From Escherichia phage aldrigsur, in the sequence record MN850592.1: a stretch of DNA of 42,379 bases; one strand, given 5' to 3'. The notes beneath the pieces were generated by a model. The model ran no database searches, had not been told where the DNA came from, and saw only the letters and a program-made list of their open reading frames with translations. Within the stretch, counting starts at the first letter, position 1, and each line of letters starts with the position of its first letter. Positions 1-9,817 of the stretch are shown here, piece by piece. The position numbers and the translations under genes were made by a program.

Positions 1-1942
1 CGGCGATAGCGCGACCGATACGGTCGGGGGCTACGTCAGCAGGCAAGCCGAGCATAGACTGAACAGTTTGGCCTCTCGGTGCGATAAGCACAGAGCCGGG
101 GCTGAATGTGGTTTCACCGACGCGCAGGACACGGTTGGCCAGCTTCGCAGATGCGAGTGCTTCCATACCATCCTTCGTCACGTTCGGGTTCTTGAGGACT
201 ACAGCTTGCAGCTCCTCGCGGTACGCAGCAGACACCTCCGACATTTCCTGCGCGGCAGTAATGTCACCAGATGCAACGCGTGCTTGGAACAGGTTCTGCT
301 GAGTATCTGAGAACAGACCAGCCAGACCCTGCCAAGTGCGAGAGAGGAAGCCCTGAGCCTCCAGCCCATTCACCACAGAGTTAACGTCAGATTGACGCTG
401 CGTGAGGATTTGAGATTTCTGTGCCGGGGTCAAGCCAGCGTAGTCCTGCTGCTGCTTGATGTAACCCTGACCAGCTTGGTCGATGGTGCGGCCAGCCTTA
501 ATCTGCTCGCGCATGTACACCATCTTCTCTTGGTTTTCTTCTGACAGACCTGACAGGAGCTTAGTCCATGCAGTCTTGTCACCCTGATTCTCGGCCACGG
601 TTACGCGGTCAATCAGCCCGGTTACGGTACGGGCAGCGTCAGGGTTCATTTCGTCAACAGTGCCGAAGTTCGACAGAGACGGCTCAATCAACTTGGCGGC
701 AGACTTGTACGCAGAGGGGAAGCCAGTCTGCGCACCCACTTGCAGCAGGTCGAATGCCACGGAACTTGCCGTCGCGCCCGGTTGCTTCATACGGGCCTTG
801 ATGAATGCGTCAGCACCATCCTGCTCACTCGCGCCCTGCTGGAGCATGTACGTCTGGTTCCCGGTGGCGTAAGCCTGACCGAGCTGGCTGGCCTTGGCTT
901 GCTTGGCGTAATCCTTGTAGAAGGACTCGATAGCGGAGCTGAAACCACCAGCGCTAATCAGCTTATTGTCCACCATCTGCTGGAGCGTCTGCGTGTACTG
1001 TTCCGGCGTAACGTCACCGAATACTGCCTGACGCGCATCAAGTTGACCCTTCTGCGCCAGCAGACCCATGTTGTCCTGCACCTCGGTACGAGACTTGGAT
1101 TCACGAATCTGACCTTGCAGCTTGGCTAAGTCGTCGGCAGGCAGCTCGTTGAACAGCCCGGAGTTCACAGCAGTCTCGACCGGGGTGCGCAAATCCTGCT
1201 GGAGCATCAGCCCCATCATGGAAGTCACCTGCGTCCGGCGAGTCTCCAGCGGCAGCTTGTCATCTGCCAGAATAGACTTGGCCCACGCCATGGTCGCAGC
1301 CGTAGCGTTAGCGTACGCGCCGCCATCACCAGTGGCCTTGGCCTGAGCCGCCAGAGTAACGAGAGTGTTACCCTGCGTGTTGTACATCGCCGCACGCTGC
1401 TCAACCAGATACTTGCCATGCTGGGCAGCCTGCGTACGGATAAGGGTGTTGCTGAACGTGAGCTGGTTCTCCAGCAGAGACTTACGCCCGTTCAGCGTCA
1501 TACCATCAGTGTTCTCGAACAGGCCAGTGGTCTTCTCGTCCACCACCTTCAAGAACTCGTCGGGTGCCATCTTCGCATACTGCGGCATGTTAGCCGAGAT
1601 GTCTGAGGCGACCTTCGCCATTTCCATTCGTTTGTACTGGTCGTTGTAACCAGCTTTCTGGAACTGAGCGGTAAGCCAGTTCGAATCCAAATCCTCGACA
1701 GCCTTGCCACTCGCGGCGGCGTTAGCCCCCTTTAGGTATTCTTCCTCGTTCGCACGCTCAGTGACACGGCCAGCAAGTGCGCTGGCCATGTTCAGTACGC
1801 GTTGAATGGACTCGGTAGGAAACGTGTCGATGCGAGTATCGCGGCCTGCGAGACTAAACGGAGTCTGCGCCTGCTGCACACTTGGTAATCCCTGCTGCGC
1901 AGCATTAAGGTTAGCGCCACGCTGGTCACGCATAGTAGCCAT
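1..1942 (-). CDS. Internal virion (core/ejection) protein B-like, N-terminal ~647 codons; gene runs off the window start
   Basis: ATG at 1942-1940 (minus) immediately after the TAA of the upstream gene; hand translation of the minus strand is open down to position 1; absent from ORF track only because no stop lies inside the window; position after tail tubular B and the small internal virion protein matches T7/phiKMV-like order. Confidence 0.65.
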   Translation of the reverse strand, partial: MATMRDQRGANLNAAQQGLPSVQQAQTPFSLAGRDTRIDTFPTESIQRVLNMASALAGRVTERANEEEYLKGANAAASGKAVEDLDSNWLTAQFQKAGYNDQYKRMEMAKVASDISANMPQYAKMAPDEFLKVVDEKTTGLFENTDGMTLNGRKSLLENQLTFSNTLIRTQAAQHGKYLVEQRAAMYNTQGNTLVTLAAQAKATGDGGAYANATAATMAWAKSILADDKLPLETRRTQVTSMMGLMLQQDLRTPVETAVNSGLFNELPADDLAKLQGQIRESKSRTEVQDNMGLLAQKGQLDARQAVFGDVTPEQYTQTLQQMVDNKLISAGGFSSAIESFYKDYAKQAKASQLGQAYATGNQTYMLQQGASEQDGADAFIKARMKQPGATASSVAFDLLQVGAQTGFPSAYKSAAKLIEPSLSNFGTVDEMNPDAARTVTGLIDRVTVAENQGDKTAWTKLLSGLSEENQEKMVYMREQIKAGRTIDQAGQGYIKQQQDYAGLTPAQKSQILTQRQSDVNSVVNGLEAQGFLSRTWQGLAGLFSDTQQNLFQARVASGDITAAQEMSEVSAAYREELQAVVLKNPNVTKDGMEALASAKLANRVLRVGETTFSPGSVLIAPRGQTVQSMLGLPADVAPDRIGRAIA

Positions 1943-1944
1943 GA

Positions 1945-2685
1945 TTAGCCCCCAAAGATTGAACCTGAGCCGTAGCCCATGTAACGATTTGATTGATACT
2001 GCGCAGGCACAGGGTTAAATTCCCCAGCCTTCTGCATCCAGTTAGTTGTTCCATAACTCGCTGTACTGGAGCCGAGGTTATCGAACGTTGACGCTGTAGC
2101 GCCAGCACTGCCGCTCTGTGTACCCGTACCCTTCGCACCCTCAGTCGGCATGTAGTCGAAGCTGGTCTGCGCGAGGCTCGAAGCAAACTGCATAGCAGAC
2201 ACGCCAATGGCGCGGCCCACAATCATGCTGTTGCTCGCTGGCTTCTGCGAATAACGCTGAGCTGCGACGGCGGTGTCGATGATGTCGTTGATACTGGTGT
2301 CGAGGTTCATCTCCTGAATCTGCTCATTGAACCGGGTCTGCGCTTGGCTTTCCTGATTCTGGCGGCTGATGTCCGTGACCGCCTCGTCCACAGAGGCACC
2401 TTCAATCCCGGCAGCGGCGGCATTGTTAATGCTCGCGCCGGATGCCCGGTTAGCTTCCTTGTTGATATTGTACAGGTCGGTGCCAGTCTGCTGCCGGAGC
2501 AGGCCGCGCTGGAGATTCACGGTGTTGATGCGCTGGCCCATTGCCTGCCACGTTTGCTTGTTCAGGCGTTCGTTCTCTGCCTGAACCGCCTTCATCTGCG
2601 CACGCTCTGCTCGTCCTTGAGCATAGGTGGTGATGAAGGAGTTCGTAGCGTCGGCACCAGCTTTAGCAAAAGCTGCCCAACCCAT
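1945..2685 (-). CDS. Internal virion protein A-like (small core protein), ~246 aa
   Basis: ORF track 1945..2730; preferred ATG at 2685 lies 1 nt after the tail tubular B stop and is preceded by GGAGA; synteny. Confidence 0.6.
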   Translation of the reverse strand: MGWAAFAKAGADATNSFITTYAQGRAERAQMKAVQAENERLNKQTWQAMGQRINTVNLQRGLLRQQTGTDLYNINKEANRASGASINNAAAAGIEGASVDEAVTDISRQNQESQAQTRFNEQIQEMNLDTSINDIIDTAVAAQRYSQKPASNSMIVGRAIGVSAMQFASSLAQTSFDYMPTEGAKGTGTQSGSAGATASTFDNLGSSTASYGTTNWMQKAGEFNPVPAQYQSNRYMGYGSGSIFGG

Positions 2686-2686
2686 A

Positions 2687-5131
2687 TTAAATTCTCCGAA
2701 CTTTGTTGTAGAACTTGATGTAGTAGCCAAGCCCCTGAATGTTCAGGTCGCCTGCCGTAGACGAATCCACGACCATGCTGCTGGACTCCACCTCAAGACC
2801 CATGCGAACCTTCAAGTGCGCACGCTTGGCCAACATCGCAGACCCCAGACCCAGCTCTTTACTGGTATACCGGATAGGGCTGCTGATGATGTTCAGTGCC
2901 GAGTACGCGCCCCGGTCGCTGGCCGTGATGTTGAACAGGCTCGTGTACCGCAACGTGAAGTTGTAGTGCATGATGACCATCTTGTTCACGTCCATGTACG
3001 AGCCGTCCTGATTGAACACACGCGGAGGCGTAGGGCTGAACAGGGCAGTGAATCGCAGGCCCACATACAGTGAGCTGCTGCCGTACGAAGGCTGGAGGTA
3101 CACGCGTCGGTTAGTGGTGTCGATGGACTTAACCCCGACCTCAGCCCCGATGTAGTTGCCAGACGGCACTACGTTCGTCATGAAATCCCAGTTGCCCTCA
3201 GTCTGGTAGCGGTACTGAATAATGTCCCACAGCGCCCTCTGCTCGCCAGTGGCAGCGAACTGAATGTACGAGCTGTCCGTGGCCGGGTTCGTCACAGTCA
3301 TCAACTGGGCGTAGTCAATGGCCGGGAGGAATCGCGCCGGGTCAGTCGGGTCAGGGGAGTCTCGCATGGACAGCGTGAGCAGGTTCATGTGGCCCTGTTG
3401 CTCAACCAAGAGCACCAGAACCTCACGGACGAACCACGCAGCCTGCACAGTCCCGTACACCTCCCAGCGATGCCACGAGGACAGAACCTTCTCGTCACCA
3501 GACCACAGGTACTCGTTCACGTAGAGCGTGGACTTCTCAGTGGTTGAGCCAAACACGACGATGTTGTTCGTGGTGCTGGCAGAGATATACGAGTTGGCCC
3601 CTTCCAGATAGGTCGGCAGGTGGTCGGTTACATCCTGACTCACGTACTGCAAATCCGTGTAGCCGGACGGCAGCATCTCCTTGATGGAGAATGAGCTGTT
3701 CGAGCGCGGGTACGCGTAATACAGGCTGCGGCCAGAGGTGGTCGGTGCTACGCCAGTGTCCATCTGGTACGTCGAGGTCAACACAGCAGTGGCGTTGTTC
3801 GGCGTAAGGATTTGGTTACGTCCGGGGATAACGGCTTGGTGTTCCTCACTGGCCAGAATCAGGTCAGAGTTGAACGGGATGCCATACCGGAACGATGCCC
3901 CGGCGAAGCTGGTTGCGGTGAACTCAATGCGGTCGTCGTCCAGTACCTGCGTCACAGTCGTACGGAAGAAGTTGGTTCTGTCTTCCTTGTTGCTGGAACC
4001 CATGGTAATGTACGGGCCGGAGAACACAATCAGGCGACCTTGGAACGAAGCCAGACCAGTGATACCCACACCATCAGCATCAGTGAATGCCGGGATTGAG
4101 TTGGTCTTGTCGTCGCCAGCCAGTCGGCCCGGCCATGAGCCTTGAGCGAACGTGTGCTGGTTGGTGGTCGAGGTCGTGCTGAATACCAGAGGCATAGTGC
4201 TTGGGTTAATCCCGGTCGGGGAACCCCACGCACCTTTCTCCACCCAGCGCGAGTTGGCGTAATCCCACTGGAAATACTGAGCGAAGCTGTCGTCGCCCAC
4301 GGTCATGATGAAGCCACCAGCCTGAGTCGGCAGACGCGCCGGGAGCTTGGTGGTCAGGTCGACGCGGTGAGTGTTCGACGCAATCGCATAGCTGGAACCA
4401 GTGTTGGTGGAGACGTTCAGGTCAGTGTACGCGGCAGTGGTCTGGAGGTACATGTACGCACCATCCACCTGCACAACCTCCAGCCCGGTAGCGCCGCCAA
4501 TGGCAGCGTCGAGCTGAGACTTCAACTGACCGATGATATATTCCGGCGTAGCCTTACCCGAAGCGCCTGTCTCGTCGGAGTTAGGTGTGGTGTAAGAGGC
4601 TGACACAGCGCCGCCGCTTGTTTCAACGCGAACGGTGTACTGCTTACCGTAGCCTCCGGCCAGCACAAAGTAGTAACCCCGGCGACCCGGATTCATACGC
4701 GTCTCGTTCTCCAGAAGCACGGGCAGCTTGGAGCAGTTGGCAACGTACATGGTGTTGCCTACGGTAGCGAACACGATGTCGTCGGGGTTGTTCGTGACGA
4801 GGTACGAGGACTGGCCCATGAACTGGACAGTCTCCGTCTCGACGATGGCGGTGACATACCCGGTCTTCGTATTCACGATGAACGTGGTGATGCCCCAGCC
4901 TAAGTTAGTGGTAGTGAATCGCAGGTGGCCGAAGTTACCAAGGCTCCAGACGTTCGCGTTAGTGGAATCCACAGTACGGTGCAGTCGGGTGCCGGGGCGT
5001 TTACGCAGGCCACGCACGGTGTCAGAGGTCATGTTGACCTGTTCCTCAACCTGCGATAGCTGGCGGTCAGTATAGACCTGCTGGCTCACGCCGCCGAGGA
5101 TGGATTTATAAGCGCCTTGGTATACTGGCAT
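2687..5131 (-). CDS. Tail tubular protein B (T7 gp12-like), 814 aa
   Basis: Size and position match T7 gp12 (~794 aa); start overlaps upstream stop (TAATG) with GGAGAGGA Shine-Dalgarno. Confidence 0.8.
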   Translation of the reverse strand: MPVYQGAYKSILGGVSQQVYTDRQLSQVEEQVNMTSDTVRGLRKRPGTRLHRTVDSTNANVWSLGNFGHLRFTTTNLGWGITTFIVNTKTGYVTAIVETETVQFMGQSSYLVTNNPDDIVFATVGNTMYVANCSKLPVLLENETRMNPGRRGYYFVLAGGYGKQYTVRVETSGGAVSASYTTPNSDETGASGKATPEYIIGQLKSQLDAAIGGATGLEVVQVDGAYMYLQTTAAYTDLNVSTNTGSSYAIASNTHRVDLTTKLPARLPTQAGGFIMTVGDDSFAQYFQWDYANSRWVEKGAWGSPTGINPSTMPLVFSTTSTTNQHTFAQGSWPGRLAGDDKTNSIPAFTDADGVGITGLASFQGRLIVFSGPYITMGSSNKEDRTNFFRTTVTQVLDDDRIEFTATSFAGASFRYGIPFNSDLILASEEHQAVIPGRNQILTPNNATAVLTSTYQMDTGVAPTTSGRSLYYAYPRSNSSFSIKEMLPSGYTDLQYVSQDVTDHLPTYLEGANSYISASTTNNIVVFGSTTEKSTLYVNEYLWSGDEKVLSSWHRWEVYGTVQAAWFVREVLVLLVEQQGHMNLLTLSMRDSPDPTDPARFLPAIDYAQLMTVTNPATDSSYIQFAATGEQRALWDIIQYRYQTEGNWDFMTNVVPSGNYIGAEVGVKSIDTTNRRVYLQPSYGSSSLYVGLRFTALFSPTPPRVFNQDGSYMDVNKMVIMHYNFTLRYTSLFNITASDRGAYSALNIISSPIRYTSKELGLGSAMLAKRAHLKVRMGLEVESSSMVVDSSTAGDLNIQGLGYYIKFYNKVRRI

Positions 5132-5679
5132 TATCCTCTCCGAGCACTCTCATAGCGCCACCAGCTCTTGCGCTGGCGAGCATTGAATCGACGCTGGCGG
5201 GTATGGATAGACTGGCACTGTTGCAGGGCCATGGCATAACCACCAGTAACACTGGCCGGGGGATTGTCACCCATGTCATCCGAGTACGCGGAGATAGCTG
5301 CTTGATATGCAACGAGTCGTTGTACCGGACTGGGTAGGTCATCCCAGCCTAAATCGTAAGTCACCAATCCCGGAACATCTTCTGTAAAAACAAAGGTTTG
5401 GGAATTAGCGTTGTAAAGATACCCGCCACGCACGATACACTCAAACCCATCAGGGATGAAGCTCAATGCGTCGGCGGGGTATTTGACACGACCATCCGTT
5501 TCGCGGGGGATGGTGATTCGAATATTGTTGAACCACCAACCATCAGTGAGAACTTCTTCCTGTGCGATACCAATCTTGTCAAGTGCAAGGGTAACGGACG
5601 GGTTTCGAATCTCGGTGGATGATACAGTGTGTTCAGACAATGCTCGAAGAACAATGTTGACTGCTTCGAGTAGAGTCAT
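5131..5679 (-). CDS. Tail tubular protein A (T7 gp11-like), 182 aa
   Basis: Size/position immediately downstream of capsid gene; GGAGG SD upstream of ATG. Confidence 0.75.
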   Translation of the reverse strand: MTLLEAVNIVLRALSEHTVSSTEIRNPSVTLALDKIGIAQEEVLTDGWWFNNIRITIPRETDGRVKYPADALSFIPDGFECIVRGGYLYNANSQTFVFTEDVPGLVTYDLGWDDLPSPVQRLVAYQAAISAYSDDMGDNPPASVTGGYAMALQQCQSIHTRQRRFNARQRKSWWRYESARRG

Positions 5680-5702
5680 AAAACCTCCCAGTGATAATCA
5701 TA

Positions 5703-5725
5703 GAAGCCCCTCAGAGAAGGGCTTC
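5703..5725 (-). terminator. Stem-loop 10 nt downstream of the major capsid gene stop (7-bp GC-rich stem, 9-nt loop); candidate terminator or RNA-stabilising hairpin
   Basis: Inverted repeat GAAGCCC / GGGCTTC seen directly; same relative position as T7 T-phi after gene 10; no clean U tract. Confidence 0.3.
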
Positions 5726-5735
5726 GAGTTTACCA

Positions 5736-6728
5736 TTAGGACTCAGTGGTAACTACAGCAACCACGTCTGGACGACGCTGACCCACGGTGTACATGTGGA
5801 AGCTATCCAGAACGTTGGTCAGTTCACGTTCGTCATCCCATACGCGGTTGAACAGCGGCTGGGCTTCGACAGTGACCAGAGCCAGAGACGGGTCGAAGAT
5901 AATCATCTTGCGCTGAATCTCGTCGGCGGTGACGTTGAAGTCAGGGCCGAGGATGTGGTCGGTGATTGCCGCCTGCGGGAACGCGTTGCTCTCGATGATA
6001 CGGATACCGTTGACGTACGCAACACGACGCATTGCGAAGTCGTTGACACCACGACCACCAGTGAACTCAACGTTCATCAGTTTCTTGTGCTCCAGCAGAA
6101 TGCTGAACCACGCCGGGTCAATCAGCGTAACCAGTCGGCCAAGGTCGGCATCGCGACGGATGAACGCCTCGATAGCTTTCTTGTGGCCGTGTACCAGCGC
6201 AGACGCATCATCTTCCTCAGATGCCACGGTGCCAGTCAGAGTGACCTGCTCCTTGATACCTGCATTGAACGCGCCAGCCAGAGAAGCCGGAGGCACGAAG
6301 TCGGCAGACTTCTGGAGCTGGATGACGTGCGCTTGGTCGAACGCCTTCGCCTGTGCAGTACCCATGTTACGGGTCAGCTCAGCGCGGAAGTCCGGCGCAG
6401 TCCAGTCGTCCTGATAGTCAATCGGGATACGGATGTAAGACACGGTATCCACAGTGACAATCAGTTTCTCAGAGCGAACTGGCTGGTTGTCCAGCGCCTC
6501 GCCAGAGCGACGACCCTTAACGGTCACAGAGCCGAGACGGTCGCCACGCCAAGTGTTGGACTGGTTAGCCACAGACTTGAAGTTGGTCAGACCGGAACGG
6601 AAGATGGAGTTGTAGATGAACTGGGTTTGAACATCACGGTCATACACCTCAAGGTGAATGTCGTTATCAGAGTTCGCGCCACCCCAGTGTGGACGGAACT
6701 GATTCGGGGTATAAGCGTTATCAGCCAT
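5736..6728 (-). CDS. Major capsid protein, 330 aa
   Basis: Size and position between scaffold and tail tubular genes; long intact ORF. Confidence 0.85.
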   Translation of the reverse strand: MADNAYTPNQFRPHWGGANSDNDIHLEVYDRDVQTQFIYNSIFRSGLTNFKSVANQSNTWRGDRLGSVTVKGRRSGEALDNQPVRSEKLIVTVDTVSYIRIPIDYQDDWTAPDFRAELTRNMGTAQAKAFDQAHVIQLQKSADFVPPASLAGAFNAGIKEQVTLTGTVASEEDDASALVHGHKKAIEAFIRRDADLGRLVTLIDPAWFSILLEHKKLMNVEFTGGRGVNDFAMRRVAYVNGIRIIESNAFPQAAITDHILGPDFNVTADEIQRKMIIFDPSLALVTVEAQPLFNRVWDDERELTNVLDSFHMYTVGQRRPDVVAVVTTES

Positions 6729-6748
6729 GGAAAATCCTTACGAAGAAA

Positions 6749-7978
6749 TTAGTAACCTTGAGCTTTAGCCTGACGGCGCTGCTCTACCAGTGCGGCGTAA
6801 TGCTTGTTGTATTCCGGGGAACCAACAGGATGCGCCTGCTCAAGCCAGCCAAGATGCTGACGGAATGCCTCGTTGGTCATAACCTCACGAGGTGCTTGAC
6901 CGCCACCATTAGGCGTCAAAGTTTGACCAGAACGCTGAATCAAATTCCCTGCGGAACCAGCGAACTGGAGAATGGTGTTCACTGCCAGACGCACCTGATT
7001 AGGGTCGCCGGAGTTCACAGCCGCTACAACGGCATCGACCGTGCCTTTGTCGGCGGCGGTGTTGAATGCCTGTACAGCCAGACCCCATCGCTCCTCGCCA
7101 CCAGCCATCTGGTAAACCTGCTGCTCGATTGCAGCGTCACGCTGCTGACCAGCCGCAACCAGTGCGCCGAATTGACCTTTGAGGATTGATACTGTCTGTG
7201 GGTCGAACTGAGCCAGATAGCGGTCGTTCACCAGAGACGGGTCACGACGCTCGTAAGCAGAACCGAACGCTGCAAGCAGGTCGATGTTCTGGCCACGGGC
7301 AATGGTGTCCATGCCTTGGAATACGGCGCGACTGGTATCGTCCGGGAAAATCTGAGCAACCTGCTCGGAGGTCAAGCCACCTTCCTGAGTAGCCAGTTTC
7401 TCAGCCGTGAGGTTGGGATTCTGGAACTGCTGCGGAGGCTGGCCCGGCTGCTGCTGCAACTGTTGGAATGGCTGCTGCTGCTGTTGAGGCTGCTGTGCCT
7501 GCGGCTGTGCGCCCGGCTGACGACCATACGGGTCGAAAGCATAGGGCTGCGGAGCTACTGGCTGTTGGAACTGTTGTGCCGGAGCCGCTTGGCCCGGAGG
7601 CGTTGCGCCCGGATTCTGATACCCATTAACCGGAATTGGTGGTGCCGCAAACGGAGAGGTCTGCTGCGGAGCACCATACGGGTTCTGCTGAGGTACGGGT
7701 GCGTAAGGACTTGGGTTTCCCTGTTGGGGCTGTGCATACGGATTCTGCTCCTGATAAGGAATCAGGCCCGGCTGCTGTCCGAACGGCTGCGCAGGCTGCG
7801 GGGTAGCGCCACCACGAGGTAACTCGATTGGCGTACCGAGACGGCCTAACGCTGGGTTCTGTACCACCTGTGGGCTTCCACCATAATCATTACCGCTGTG
7901 ACCAGAGGGAGTATAGGTCGGGCCAGCGGGTACGTTTTGGGGAGCGGGTGCGGCAGTAGGTTGGGATTCACCAAACAT
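6749..7978 (-). CDS. Scaffolding protein with ~190-aa Pro/Gln-rich low-complexity N-terminal region, 409 aa
   Basis: Position between portal and capsid genes (synteny); N-terminal half dominated by P, Q, G, Y, A. Confidence 0.6.
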   Translation of the reverse strand: MFGESQPTAAPAPQNVPAGPTYTPSGHSGNDYGGSPQVVQNPALGRLGTPIELPRGGATPQPAQPFGQQPGLIPYQEQNPYAQPQQGNPSPYAPVPQQNPYGAPQQTSPFAAPPIPVNGYQNPGATPPGQAAPAQQFQQPVAPQPYAFDPYGRQPGAQPQAQQPQQQQQPFQQLQQQPGQPPQQFQNPNLTAEKLATQEGGLTSEQVAQIFPDDTSRAVFQGMDTIARGQNIDLLAAFGSAYERRDPSLVNDRYLAQFDPQTVSILKGQFGALVAAGQQRDAAIEQQVYQMAGGEERWGLAVQAFNTAADKGTVDAVVAAVNSGDPNQVRLAVNTILQFAGSAGNLIQRSGQTLTPNGGGQAPREVMTNEAFRQHLGWLEQAHPVGSPEYNKHYAALVEQRRQAKAQGY

Positions 7979-7988
7979 GTATTCTCCA

Positions 7989-9554
7989 TTAAATCTGTGC
8001 GATGTTAGGCGCTACATCGACCGCGCCCGGCTGAACGCCTGCGGCAGCCTGAGCTGCATTGTCGATGGCCTGCCCTTCTTGGGCCAAGTCTTGTGCCGAC
8101 TTACGATAGTCGTCAAGCGCAACACCGTTGGATGCGAAGATAACCTCAAGGACTTTCTGTGGGTCGATGGTGTTAGCAACGCCATTAATATTTTGGACAG
8201 CAACCATTGCTGCCTGCGAGTCAGAGAGCGCACGAATCAGCGTCTCTGCTTCAATGCTGCGACCGAGGGCATCCAGACCAGCTTCAACTTGAAGCGACAG
8301 GATATTGCCTACGATGTCAGGTACGGTGGACTCGTCAATCTCCGCGAGCAGGACGTACGCCAGAGGAATCTGGAGGGTCTTAGCCTGCATTGAGTACGGG
8401 CCACCCAGCCCACGTTCGGCGCTGGTTGCTACCTGCTGCACTTCGGTGGCGGTGGTACGTTCGGAGTCACGGAACTCGCCAGTGTACATGAAGGCTTGCG
8501 CCAGTCGCTGCACAATCTGGTTGATTTCGTCACGGGCCTGTTGAACTTTCTGGTAATCCCCGACCTCCAAGCCGGACAGCGATGTGCCGTTCTGGAGTGG
8601 AATGACCTGACCAGTCTCTGCGCTCTCAATGTCATCGACGTTGCCGCCAGAACCAGTGAGCATCCACAGCACGCGCAACGCTTCCTGCATGTACAGAGCC
8701 GAATGCTCAGACAGCATGGACAGACGTGCGAAATCCCCAGCGTGGTCTTCGACAATCCCGCGACCGTAATGCTCGCCAGACTTCAAAGACCACACTGGGA
8801 ATAACCATGGGCAGACTTTTTCAGGGTAGTAATCCTTACCGGGGGTATAGACGCAACCTTGGTAGTTACCAATCTGCTGCGTGATTTCGTAGCCGTACGT
8901 GCCGCTGTCCTTCTGGACGCGGAGCACACGAGTGTACAGCCATACGCGTTTGTTCCCACCACAGCGGAAGCCTTTGGAGTTCAGCTCATTCTGAAAGTCC
9001 TTGGGCAGAGAATCCCACTGGATGCGCTCCTTCACGATAGCATCCACCACAACGCCACGACCGTCGCGCTGCACCACGAAGGATTCCAATCCGTACACTC
9101 GGTACGAACCAGTTTCCATATCGCGGTACAGCGCGGCGTTTCCGGTCACGGCTTGTTGGGCAATTGCTTGGAGCAGGTCAGCGTAGCCTCCATTCTCTTT
9201 GGCTTTGTCTACGATGGCCTTTTCAATAGTGATAAGCGCCTGATTAACTTGCGACATAGACTGCCGCTGTTGGTCAGACACCTTGTTTAATTTCAGCTTC
9301 ACGAATCGAGCGGAAGCCGGGAACAGGAACTCACCCAGTTTGGCAACTAGGTTGTTGACGAGCAGGGCGCCGACAGACTGGTAATCACGAGTAATCTGCT
9401 GGCGGTTCATGTCGTCCACGTCACTGCGGTCATACTCGCTCACCAGCTTGGCCAGTGTATAGCGGCTGTATTCCCGCGCTTTGGTGACAACGTTGCTATC
9501 CCGGTACTTCTGCCACAGAGACTCATAGCTGACGTTCTGCGCGTCTTGAGTCAT
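7989..9554 (-). CDS. Portal (head-tail connector) protein, 521 aa
   Basis: Size comparable to T7 gp8 (~536 aa); first large gene of the structural module. Confidence 0.85.
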   Translation of the reverse strand: MTQDAQNVSYESLWQKYRDSNVVTKAREYSRYTLAKLVSEYDRSDVDDMNRQQITRDYQSVGALLVNNLVAKLGEFLFPASARFVKLKLNKVSDQQRQSMSQVNQALITIEKAIVDKAKENGGYADLLQAIAQQAVTGNAALYRDMETGSYRVYGLESFVVQRDGRGVVVDAIVKERIQWDSLPKDFQNELNSKGFRCGGNKRVWLYTRVLRVQKDSGTYGYEITQQIGNYQGCVYTPGKDYYPEKVCPWLFPVWSLKSGEHYGRGIVEDHAGDFARLSMLSEHSALYMQEALRVLWMLTGSGGNVDDIESAETGQVIPLQNGTSLSGLEVGDYQKVQQARDEINQIVQRLAQAFMYTGEFRDSERTTATEVQQVATSAERGLGGPYSMQAKTLQIPLAYVLLAEIDESTVPDIVGNILSLQVEAGLDALGRSIEAETLIRALSDSQAAMVAVQNINGVANTIDPQKVLEVIFASNGVALDDYRKSAQDLAQEGQAIDNAAQAAAGVQPGAVDVAPNIAQI

Positions 9555-9556
9555 GC

Positions 9557-9817
9557 TTAGCTCCCAATGCCGAGGTTACTTGCCACACCAGTTCCGGTGC
9601 GACGGCGGCGACCACCCAGCGTATCAGAGGCCGAGCTTACTTGGCCACCTGCCTGAATGGTTGGGGTGTTCTCACCAGCGAGGTCGGCTGCAAGGTTAGC
9701 CTGCATCGTTTCTGCCTTCACCTGCGCCGGGTCAGTCTTGATAGTGTACTGAGGCTTTTGGCTACCCAGCCCGAAGACCGAGCCAATGCCCTTGAATACT
9801 TTGCCTACGCTACCCAT
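9557..9817 (-). CDS. Hypothetical Gly-rich small protein (possible virion protein), 86 aa
   Basis: ORF tightly packed upstream of portal. Confidence 0.45.
   Translation of the reverse strand: MGSVGKVFKGIGSVFGLGSQKPQYTIKTDPAQVKAETMQANLAADLAGENTPTIQAGGQVSSASDTLGGRRRRTGTGVASNLGIGS

Noticed and set aside
5691-6752. Long plus-strand ORFs (for example 5691..6752, 11670..12980, 17123..18238, 24612..25391, 38617..39504)
   Set aside because: All lie antisense to well-supported minus-strand genes, are Arg/Leu/His-rich as expected for antisense frames of GC-rich coding DNA, and lack Shine-Dalgarno context; the whole genome is transcribed from the minus strand as in T7-like phages
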